From Macrostomum lignano (taxonomy: Eukaryota), in assembly GCA_002269645.1 (NCBI GenBank), contig NIVC01001548.1, forward strand, positions 186,001 through 250,000: a stretch of 64,000 nucleotides of DNA. Reading direction: 5' to 3'. Below, piece after piece: positions 1 to 23,500 of the stretch. Each line of letters starts with the position of its first letter. Position 1 is the stretch's first letter. The position numbers were made by a program, and so were the translations under genes. The notes beneath the pieces are model-generated. The model did not search any database, had not been told where the DNA came from, and worked only from the letters and a program-made list of their open reading frames with translations.

Positions 1-129
1 AGAGGCAGAGATGGAAGTGGAATACTGATTGCTCAATTTCTGATGATTGCTCCGACCCATTCGCAATGATTGACACGAACTTTCACCCCGATAATTACTG
101 TGATTAATTCCTCGAGTTAATTTGCTCAC

Positions 130-13232
<13,103 letters not shown>

Positions 13233-13795
13233 CTGCAGCTGCTCAAGCGTTTTTATCCAGCGACAGCTCGCAATCTGCTCCTACCTCTGCTGCATTTGCT
13301 TCTCTTCATTATATCGCGGCGAGTTTTGCATTGCCCATCCCTGATTGGGTGGCCCGGGAGCGCCTGCATCAAACATCTGTCAGGCCTCCGCAGTTCCAAC
13401 CCTGCAGTCTGGCCATCTGGCCTATAATCCAAGTTTGAAGGGTCCGCTTCAATCTCGAGATCTGCTGCATGATGAATAAAACATTAGCGTTGCTTCAAGC
13501 TGTCACGGTATATTTTCTTAGGGACGTCAGCAGCTTTATTGAATATTAAAGATAAACTTGTGTACAATTTCTGGTTAAACTTGCCAAATCTACATGTTAT
13601 GCAAATCCATGAGTTTAAATCGCTTCAGTTACACAGTTGGTTCGGAGCTTCGGAGTTCGGAGAAATCCCTTTTTTGCACTATTCGAGCTTATCTGCTGCA
13701 TTGTATTAAATTTTGGCTTCTCTTACGCGGACTATTGGCCGTACCAAGAGGTTATTAGCACGGAAATCAGTGTGTTAGTGTACACAACCAAATAG

Positions 13796-13948
13796 GGTTG
13801 CTTTCACAAGCTCGAAATTTCACAACCTCGAAATTTAAAAAAAATCAAAAAAGCCATCGAAGCTCAGTACAACAAGCATGTGTACTTTATTGAACTATAA
13901 CCCTTTTACACTTTCGAGTTTGTGAAATTTCGAGCTTGTGAAGCGACC
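13796..13948. mobile_element. MITE-like inverted repeat (~40-bp arms, ~75-bp spacer)
   Basis: 13796-13835 ggttgctttcacaagctcgaaatttcacaacctcgaaatt nearly equals the reverse complement of 13911-13948; no clear TSD. Confidence 0.5.
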
Positions 13949-16289
13949 CCAACCTAATTTTTTTAAACTACATATGGTTTGTGTTAGCTTTTCTAAAATC
14001 AATTTTGCAGCCATATTTGCCCTCTCATTTACATGTAGATCATGCATGTACACAAGCATACATTGCAGGGAGTTGCTGGTGCACATAACAAAGGACTTCA
14101 ATTTCTCCACTAGTGGACTTTGAAGACAGATGCCAATTAAACTCGAGCATCCACAGCTGGAATAAGCATCAAAATAATGTCGATTCCAAGTCAATTATTT
14201 TTCAATGTCGATTCAAACAAACAGAAATTCCGACTCCGGCAAGTCTTGAGGAATATACAGCATGCTAGATCACTACTTACTATGTATTAATTACATATAC
14301 AGAAAATATGCACGTATATAAATTTAGCATCAATTAACTAATGAATCAATCAATTTAACGATTGATTCTGCTGGTGAGAGGCTCACCACTTGAATTTTAT
14401 AGTTTCTGAAAAAATAAATTTGCATGTTTACACGTCTAATATAGGATACATGTATTTACACTCGTACTTTACTATTTAAACTTCTGGACTTGTACTTATC
14501 AGTTTTTCAAAGATGTCTTGATGAATAATCATACGTTCGGCAGGTCTAAATTTAGTTTTACTGTTTTACTTCCCGGAAAAATCAAATTTGGAACCCGATA
14601 ATCGTTAAGATTCACTTTCTATGCGGGAGCCCTAAAAATTGTGGTATCTCATTTGTCAATTATAATGTATATTATAATTTTAAAAAAATAATAATCGACA
14701 GGCAATATAAATAGTTTTATAATGATTCATTCAAAGGCACTTTCGATTTAATTAGGGGCGGCAGGGACCTAGACTAGATAGATACAACTGTAGGCCTACA
14801 GTTACAATTACATAGCATAATACAATGTAGTGGACAGGGAAGTCTGAAAAAAGAAATATATATGCTATATGCTATGCTTAGGGCCCTGTACAGGCTTGTA
14901 GTTGTTAGTAGTGTGTGTAAGCCTACTAGGCAGGCGGTAGGCCTAATTAAAAAGAATTAAATGAACACAATAATATGGCTTCCTTCCTTTAAACTCAAAT
15001 TCTTTAATAATGGATAGGAGGAAGTAAAAGTCTTGCTAACAAACTAGACTAGGCTATATGTCTATGTTATATAAAATTAATGAATTTCAATAGGCCCTAG
15101 ACATGGGCTTAGAAAATTAGAACTAGGCCTATGTGCTCCTTTGGTTAGGCCCTATAATCTGTATTTTTAGCCATACCATAGGGATTGCCATTGGCATTCT
15201 CTATGGGGACTAATGAGATATTTCAATATTTAAATAGGCCTATAGACATTTTGATAAATAGAAATTTGGGTTAAATATTGTTCTTTCACTTAGTTTTTGG
15301 TTAAAAAAATTATATTTATCTTTAGATCAATAGCTGCATGCTATCTGCAATAACAAATCAAACTTCAAAGTTAAAAGTAGACCTACTTCAAGCAAAAATT
15401 GATAAATATAAAAATTTAATGCATTAATAGCTATAGTTTGGATTGTGCAATAGTGTATGCCAGGTTTATTGCCAGAAAAAATGATGAGACCTTATTGAGT
15501 GACCTCAATAAGGTCCAATATGAGGTTGAGGTTCAATGTGAGTGATGAATGAGTGACCTCATTTATATGTTAGGTTTGTGCGTCAATACAAAAAATTTAT
15601 CATTTGACACAATGTATCTACTATGTCTTGTATGCCAAGGTATAGCTTGAGGTATGCTAAAAAATATTAAGACCCTTGTTGTATGCCAGGAATACATGTT
15701 GCCTTCCAAACTATGGATTAATAGTTAAAAGGGCTTAATAAACTGTAAAATCCAAAAGCAAAGCAAAGTGAATAGCAAAATTAATAAAAAATTAATAGCA
15801 AAAGATAAACCTATTATAGTTTATATGCTAAAATAGAAATAAGTGATTACAAAAAATAGAGTTGCAATAAAGTAAATTATTTGAGGAAAGCCAAGAAAAC
15901 AAAAGCAAAAATGAATATTCACATTTTTTCTTTAATAATACCCTATTACAATTTATTAGTCTTCACGTAACATGTTTTTCCTATATCTTAAGGCAATAAT
16001 ATAGATCCAGAGAGATGGTAAATCTTTAAAGTCTAGTGAGCCAAAATAATGCAAATATGGATAGAAGAGTTAGATGGCCCTAAATAAGAGGCAAGCGCAT
16101 AGGGTCAGAACACTCTTAGATGGACACTTACCTCTCTATTACCAAGTTTGGATATTCATGGTGGGCTTTAGCTGTTTAATGTACAACTATTACTATCAAT
16201 GATTATTATAACTATATATTTATATTTTAATATAAACTTAATAAGAATCAAAAACAACAAAAATATTTTTTTAGATTTTTCTTTAAAAA

Positions 16290-16500
16290 GTAGTGATTAG
16301 TATAGTGATTAGTGTTTAGTGATTAGTGTAGTGATTAGTGTTTAGTGATTAGTGTAGTGATTAGTGTTTAGTGATTAGTGTAGTGATTAGTGTTTAGTGA
16401 TTAGTGTAGTGATTAGTGTTTAGTGATTAATGTAGTGATAAGTGTTTAGTGATTAGTGTAGTGATTAGTGTAGTGTAGTTAACAGTAGTGATTAGTGTGT
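16290..16500. repeat. Alternating 14/12-bp repeat (gtgattagtgttta / gtgattagtgta)
   Basis: Seen directly, just upstream of the FHA-PHD gene. Confidence 0.9.
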
Positions 16501-16574
16501 TTCAATTCCTAATAAATGTTAAATAAATAAGTCCTTATTTGTCTAGAACCAGATCCAAGGAAGATGGCTGCTGC

Positions 16575-17630
16575 ATGTCTCCACACCCGCAGGCAGCCGA
16601 GCCCAGCAGTCCAGCCTGTCGCTGGCAGCTCCGCCGGGTCAGCGACCTGGCCTTCTATGGCCGCACGCCTAAGCTGATGCCAATCTATGCTGACCGGCCG
16701 ACCCTCCTGGGCCGCGGCAGCCAGAGCGTGCGGCCAGACTATGTGCTGGAGTCCACCGCCCAGTCCATGATGCCGAGCCGGCAGCACGCCCGCCTCCACC
16801 CCTGCGCCGACGGTGGCATAGAAATCGAAGACCTGAGCGTCAACGGTACCTACGTTAATTTTGTTCGCGTGGAAAAGATGAAGCTGGTGAAACTGACGCC
16901 CGGAGACGTGCTGGTGTTCGGGCATCGCAACGGGGTGAATATCCCGCACGGGGAGTCCGTTCCCACGTTTCGCTCCGAGTTGAAGTTCATTTTTGAGCGT
17001 GCGGCGACGCCCAAAGCGGAAGCCGAGCCGAGTGCGGAGTCGGTTGGCGGGACCACCAAGCGCAGGCTGTCTGGGACACCCGACCAGGAGGCTGGCGCCG
17101 ACGCGAACCCGACTGCTAAGCGGCCTCGTCTGGTTAGCGATGAGGCACCAGCGCCCGAATCTGCCATTCTGGCGCCGCTCACGCCGCTGCCGGTGAACTC
17201 GCTGGCACTGCCTCCGGCGACGCCGCCAGCCGCACCGAAGACGCCGAAGACGCCGAGGACACCTGGTGGTGCAACGCCGGGCAGCGGCAAAAGCCGACAT
17301 CGACGCGGTGGCGGCGGTCGGAAGTCGCGCCTGCCTCGCCAACAGAAGCAGCCGCAGCCGACAACCGTGGCCTTGGTGACAGCGGCAGCCGAGACCGCCG
17401 GCGACGATGCAGCGGCCGCCATCGCTGCTGCCGCCGCAGCTGCGGACGCCCAGCCGGACGAGGGCCCGTGCGCTCTGGGTGGCGAGTGCAGCCTGCCGCT
17501 GGGCCCCAACCTGCTGTGGGTTGGCTGCGACTGCTGCTTGGCCTGGTACCACGCCGCCTGCACTTCGCTGTCCGGCTACGATGAGAATCAGTTAGCGGCC
17601 ACCGACTTCCTGTGCGACCGGTGCCGATAA
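16575..17630 (+). CDS. TCF19: TCF19-like protein (N-terminal FHA domain, C-terminal PHD finger), single coding exon, ~351 aa
   Basis: FHA motifs LLGR, SRQHA, DLSVNGTYVN, LTPGDVLVFG; PHD C-x4-C...WVGCDCCLAWYHAAC...FLCDRC. FHA + Pro-rich linker + PHD is the TCF19 architecture. First in-frame ATG is at 16575; candidate acceptor tttgtctag lies at ~16546. Confidence 0.8.
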   Translation: MSPHPQAAEPSSPACRWQLRRVSDLAFYGRTPKLMPIYADRPTLLGRGSQSVRPDYVLESTAQSMMPSRQHARLHPCADGGIEIEDLSVNGTYVNFVRVEKMKLVKLTPGDVLVFGHRNGVNIPHGESVPTFRSELKFIFERAATPKAEAEPSAESVGGTTKRRLSGTPDQEAGADANPTAKRPRLVSDEAPAPESAILAPLTPLPVNSLALPPATPPAAPKTPKTPRTPGGATPGSGKSRHRRGGGGRKSRLPRQQKQPQPTTVALVTAAAETAGDDAAAAIAAAAAAADAQPDEGPCALGGECSLPLGPNLLWVGCDCCLAWYHAACTSLSGYDENQLAATDFLCDRCR

Positions 17631-17774
17631 GTCGGCGTTGATTGGCTCAGACCAGCTGCAACCGAGGTTGCATTGCAATCGGCAGCTTTATTCGATTTTG
17701 TAAAATAACAACAGACCTGAGGCTTTTATTGTTTTTGAGGGCCATGGGGTATCAGAAAGCCACACTTTATAGGA

Positions 17775-18367
17775 CCAGGGGATGTCAGGCTATCACTGTA
17801 TAGGGCCAGGGGATGTCAGGCTATCACTGTATAGGGCCAGGGGATGTCAGGCTATCACTGTATAGGGCCAGGGGATGTCAGGCTATCACTGTATAGGGCC
17901 AGGGGATGTCAGGCTATCACTGTATAGGGCCAGGGGATGTCAGGCTATCACTGTATAGGGCCAGGGGATGTCAGGCTATCACTGTATAGGGCCAGGGGAT
18001 GTCAGGCTATCACTGTATAGGGCCAGGGGATGTCAGGCTATCACTGTATAGGGCCAGGGGATGTCAGGCTATCACTGTATAGGGCCAGGGGATGTCAGGC
18101 TATCACTGTATAGGGCCAGGGGATGTCAGGCTATCACTGTATAGGGCCAGGGGATGCCAGGCTATCACTGTATAGGGCCAGGGGATGTCAGGCTATCACT
18201 GTATAGGGCCAGGGGATGTCAGGCTATCACTGTATAGGGCCAGGGGATGTCAGGCTATCACTGTATAGGGCCAGGGGATGTCAGGCTATCACTGTATAGG
18301 GCCAGGGGATGTCAGGCTATCACTGTATAGGGCCAGGGGATGTCAGGCTATCACTGTATAGGGCCAG
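17775..18367. repeat. 31-bp minisatellite (ccaggggatgtcaggctatcactgtataggg), ~19 near-identical units
   Basis: Seen directly. Confidence 0.97.
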
Positions 18368-18907
18368 GCCCAGTGAGTATCTGGTAGGTTGGCAAGACCA
18401 ACTGGATAAATAGTTAATGTGCTGTCCGAATTATATAGTGGTTGCTAACAATGACAGAATAAAAATATAGGTGATTCAAGTTGAAGGGATATCTCGCATT
18501 TATAATCCTGTTTATAAACCTAGTAAAAGCTAGTACAAGCCTTTTTACTTATTTTCATGCTGTTAAATTTGTTTTATTATGTTTGCCAAACAAGTCCCTA
18601 GTTTTATTCGTTTTATTTATGGCATTTTATTTATCAAGGTGCGATCTGTGTTGCTGCTTGAGTGTTGACGTGAGGGGGGGGGTTAAGCTGTGCTGTTTCA
18701 GTGCAGTGAGTGATTCCACCGTGCTGTTATAATGTCAGTTCACAGCGTCTCCTACTTTGATCTGTGTTGCCAGGCATTTAGCTGTCATCATATTGTCTGT
18801 TTAATAAAATATAAGCTTGCGTTTCCGATGCTCTGTTTTCTACCTGTAAATTCTACAGTTTTTGTGCTTGACCGCCAGTGCTTCATTTAGCAGCCCAGGT
18901 GTGCTTT

Positions 18908-20497
18908 ACCTGCTGACTCATTTCTGGTCCTCTGAGAGCCATGTAGGAGTGACACAATTTGCACTTGCTGACTCATTTCTGTTCTTCTGAGAGCCATGTA
19001 GGAGTGACACAATTTGCACTTGCTGACTCATTTCTGTTCCTCTGGGAGCCATGTAGGAGTGACACAATTTGCACTTGCTGACTCATTTCTGTTCCTCTGG
19101 GAGCCATGTAGGAGTGACACAATTTGCACTTGCTGACTCATTTCTGTTCCTCTGGGAGTCATGTAGGAGTGACAATTTGCACTTGCTGACTCATTTCTGT
19201 TCTCCTGGGAGCCATGTAGGAGTGACACAATTTGCACTTGCTGACTCATTTCTGTTCCTCTGGGAGCCATGTAGGAGTGACACAATTTGCACTTGCTGAC
19301 TCATTTCTGTTCCTCTGAGAGCCATGTAGGAGTGACACAATTAGCACTTGCTGACTCATTTCTGTTCCTCTGGGAGCCATGTAGGAGTGACACAATTTGC
19401 ACTTGCTGACTCATTTCTGTTCCTCTGAGAGCCATGTAGGAGTGACACAATTTGCACTTGCTGACTCATTTCTGTTCTCCTGGGAGCCATGTAGGAGTGA
19501 CACAATTTGCACTTGCTGACTCATTTCTGTTCTCCTGGGAGCCATGTAGGAGTGACACAATTTGCACTTTCTGACTCATTTCTGTTCTCCTGGGAGCCAT
19601 GTAGGAGTGACACAATTTGCACTTGCTGACTCATTTCTGTTCCTCTGGGAGCCATGTAGGAGTGACACAATTTGCACTTGCTGACTCATTTCTGTTCTCC
19701 TGGGAGTCATGTAGGAGTGACACAATTTGCACTTGCTGACTCATTTCTGGTCCTCTGAGAGCCATGTAGGAGTGACACAATTTGCACTTGCTGACTCATT
19801 TCTGTTCTTCTGAGAGCCATGTAGGAGTGACACAATTTGCACTTGCTGACTCATTTCTGTTCTCCTGGGAGCCATGTAGGAGTGACACAATTTGCACTTG
19901 CTGACTCATTTCTGTTCCTCTGGGAGCCATGTAGGAGTGACACAATTTGCACTTGCTGACTCATTTCTGTTCTCCTGGGAGCCATGTAGGAGTGACACAA
20001 TTTGCACTTGCTGACTCATTTCTGTTCCTCTGGGAGCCATGTAGGAGTGACACAATTTGCACTTGCTGACTCATTTCTGTTCCTCTGGGAGCCATGTAGG
20101 AGTGACACAATTTGCACTTGCTGACTCATTTCTGTTCCTCTGGGAGCCATGTAGGAGTGACACAATTTGCACTTGCTGACTCATTTCTGTTCCTCTGGGA
20201 GTCATGTAGGAGTGACAATTTGCACTTGCTGACTCATTTCTGTTCCTCTGGGAGTCATGTAGGAGTGACACAATTTGCACTTGCTGACTCATTTCTGTTC
20301 TCCTGGGAGCCATGTAGGAGTGACACAATTTGCACTTGCTGACTCATTTCTGTTCTCCTGGGAGCCATGTAGGAGTGACACAATTTGCACTTGCTGACTC
20401 ATTTCTGTTCTCCTGGGAGCCATGTAGGAGTGACACAATTTGCACTTGCTGACTCATTTCTATTCCTCTGAGAGCCATGTAGGAGTGACACAATTTG
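18908..20497. repeat. 55-bp minisatellite (ttgctgactcatttctgttcctctgggagccatgtaggagtgacacaatttgcac), ~29 units
   Basis: Period 55 confirmed (gcact at 18961 and 19016). Confidence 0.97.
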
Positions 20498-20580
20498 CTG
20501 AAACTTGTCAACAGCTTACGCAGACTACTTATACGAGTAGTAAGTGCTGTATTAAAAATTTCTAAAATCAATCTTTGCAG

Positions 20581-22016
20581 CTTCTGAGTCTGACTGCGAA
20601 AAGCATCGAAACAGTTGGAGCTGTCGGAATGGACCTGGATCTGGTTCTCAGCACCCTGCGGCTTCTGTCGCTTCGTGCAGCCGCTGAGAATTGCAGCTCT
20701 GTTGACAAGACAACCAGTTTGATGAATTCTGACGATGAGAAATTGCTGCAGGATGCTCGGTCGGGTGTGTGGGGACTCGCGCTGTTATACTAATATTCCA
20801 ATTCATCGTTTAAGAGAGGCCCTGGAGATGCAGGTTCAGGAACTGCCTGAGACAGGTTCAGGAACTGCCTGAGGCAGCAGGAAGGCAGGTTCAGGAACTG
20901 CCTGAGGCAGCAGGAAGGCAGGTTCAGGAACTGCCTGAGGCAGCGGGAAGGCAGGTTCAGGAACTGCCTGAGGCAGCAGGAAGGCAGGTTCAGGAACTGC
21001 CTGAGGCAGCGGGAAGGCAGGTTCAGGAACTGCCTGAGGCAGCGGGAAGGCAGGTTCAGGAACTGCCTGAGGCAGCGGGAAGGCAGGTTCAGGAACTGCC
21101 TGAGGCAGCGGGAAGGCAGGTTCAGGAACTGCCTGAGGCAGCAGGAAGGCAGGTTCAGGAACTGCCTGAGGCAGCGGGAAGGCAGGTTCAGGAACTGCCT
21201 GAGGCAGCGGGAAGGCAGGTCGATGGAACAAAAATTTAGTCAATAATTTTAGTATATGAAATGGTTGCTTCTGAAACTTCCTGTCTAAAAAGCAAAAGCT
21301 GGTTGAATATCTCTTCCAGAGCTGCAACAGACTGCCATTGCCAAAGGAACTTCACTCGGCGCATTCTTTAAAGTGCTCACCGAAATTTCTGGACCTTGTT
21401 AGTAGCGTTTCTTGATTTTAGCACCATAATCAATTTTTTGATAATCAAATCTTGAGTTTTCACCTTCATCCGCCCTCTCCTAGTGCATTAGCCCAGCCTC
21501 CATCCGCTCTCTCCCCAGTGCACCAGCCTCCATCCGCTCTCTCCCCAGTGCACCAGCCTCCATCCGCTCTCTCCCCAGTGCACCAGCCTCCATCCGCTCT
21601 CTCCCCAGTGCACCAGCCTCCACCCGCTCTCTCCCCAGTGCACCAGCCTCCACCCGCTCTCTCCCCAGTGCACCAGCCTCCATCCGCCACCCGCAGTCGC
21701 CTGGGACTCCGCCGACTGCCGCATCGCGAATCCGCGCCACAGTCGGCCCAGTCAGCCGCAGTCAAAGACGGAACGCGAGACGGTCAGCTTCCAGGTGCTG
21801 TGCCGCGGCTACCTTCTTGTTGTGGAAGTCACCGACGGCGACGCTGACGCAGCCTCGGCGTCAGTGAGCTGCGACCCGAACTTGCCGGAGCTGCGGCAGC
21901 TCTGGCCGCGCCTGGCTGAGCAAGCGGCCGCCTGCGGCACCGATGCCGCCGCCGCGGCCGCTGGCATTCGGAAACTGATGACGGAGCTGGCGGAGAATCT
22001 CGCGTCTGCTTACTGA
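20581..22016 (+). CDS. Unidentified protein, 3' exons only (possible RWD-like C-terminal domain)
   Basis: Phase-consistent candidate exons 20581-20764, 21320-21397 and 21697-22016 (stop TGA) give LLSLTAKS...DARS-ELQQTAIAKGTSLGAFFKVLTEISGP-FAWDSADCRIANP...VSFQVLCRGYLLVVEV...SVSCDPNLPELRQLWPRL...IRKLMTELAENLASAY*. Minisatellites fill both introns as in neighbouring genes. The start was not found and the first donor (GTGTGT) is weak. Confidence 0.45.
20830..21219. repeat. 33-bp minisatellite (gcaggttcaggaactgcctgaggcagcgggaag), ~12 units
   Basis: Seen directly; each unit holds the palindrome ctgcc-tga-ggcag. Confidence 0.95.
21490..21687. repeat. 30-bp minisatellite (ccagcctccatccgctctctccccagtgca), ~6.5 units
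   Basis: Seen directly; it runs into the acceptor ccgcag at 21696. Confidence 0.95.
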
Positions 22017-22454
22017 GTAGCCTGCAGTGCGCGCGCACTAATGCGAGTCATTTATAGTCAGCCTGTAAAGCTTACAGTATTTTTGTTTAACTCGCGCATT
22101 TACGTTTGTATGTAGTCTACTGCTAAATTAAATTTAAACATTCAATTTAAGGATGTTATGCATCTACGCTATAAAGCTTTGAAGTAACTATTGGTTTAGC
22201 TAGTTTTTGTCTCGATCCATTTAATTATTATTGTACTGCAGCGAATCGAAAAGAAAGTTTTTTAAAAGCCGGTCTGTCGATTCACAGTTAAAATTCCGAA
22301 GTTACTATAGCTACTTCAAGTAGCATACAATTCTTTGTTTCTATTTACACCTGCTTACAGCGTCATTCGTCCTGGCTGGCCTTTTAAAGTCACTGACACC
22401 TTTTTACGATTGCTCTCGGACCCCTTCTGGACACTCTGTCACTCTTCGATCTAC

Positions 22455-22955
22455 TGGGTCACTCCGGCACCATCCCAGATCTTCCATGTCACTCCGTCAC
22501 CATCCCAGATCTCCCATGTCACTCCGTCACCATCCCAGATCTTCCATGTCACTCCGTCACCATCCCAGATCTCCCATGTCACTCCGTCACCATCCCAGAT
22601 CTTCCATGTCACTCTGTCACCCGCTCAGATCTCCCATGTCACTCCGTTACCCTCTCAGATCTCCCATGTCACTCCTTCACCATCTCAGATCTTCAATGTC
22701 ACTCCGTCACCATCTCAGATCTTCAATGTCACTCCGCCACCATCCTAGATCTTCAATGTCACTCCGTCACCATCCCAGATCTTCCATGTCACTCCGTCAC
22801 CATCCTAGATCTTCCATGTCACTCCGTCACCATCCTAGATCTTCCATGTCACTCCGTCACCATCCCAGATCTCCCATGTCACTCCGTCACCCTCTCAGAT
22901 CTCCCATGTCACTCCGTCACCCTCTCAGATCTTCAATGTCACTCCCTCACCCTCA
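22455..22955. repeat. 30-bp minisatellite (ccatgtcactccgtcaccatcccagatctt), ~16 units
   Basis: Seen directly. Confidence 0.95.
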
Positions 22956-23150
22956 GAGCTCGCAGGTCACTCTTTCAGTCATCAATCCTTGCCCCATTTA
23001 TTCATGTGTGGGTAGCAAAGAATTCTCAGAGCAGAAAAAGCAGCAATCGAAGCGGCTGTACCTGCAGACCGGTCCTGGGACCGGTTAGGCCAGGGGGCTG
23101 GGACAGTTGCTTAATCGCGTCCGCTTGTTCTCAAATTTGATGACGCGTGC

Positions 23151-23151
<1 letters not shown>

Positions 23152-23184
<33 letters not shown>
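23152..23184. repeat. (CTG)11 microsatellite upstream of the ORP start
   Basis: Seen directly. Confidence 0.95.
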
Positions 23185-23187
<3 letters not shown>

Positions 23188-23500
23188 GATGCAGCCTATT
23201 CTGTCCCTCAGTTCCAGCCTCCCCGCACGCGCTGAGCAAATCAAATTCTTTCTCCTACACTTGCCCTCAGCGGCCCTGCTGCCAAGTCTCGCCTTGCATC
23301 CCGTCCTCCCATTGTATAAATACGGAGCGAGTCTGCCTCCGCACCGCAGCTGCTTGTTCAACTCTGCAGCTGCGCCGCCTAAGTTTGCTGGCAATGAACT
23401 CACAGCTGGCCTCGCGTTCTCTCTGCTAACTGTGAGAGGCCACGGCCACCCGTTGTCTTGCGCGCCAATTCCTAATCTGCTTTCACTGCTTGCCGCTCGC

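Noticed and set aside
16509-17563. Minus-strand 347-aa and 237-aa ORFs
   Set aside because: Antisense shadows of the GC-rich FHA-PHD gene, with no recognisable domain.
17775-20497. Regular arrays as possible CRISPR
   Set aside because: Head-to-tail repeats without unique spacers, eukaryotic context, no cas genes.
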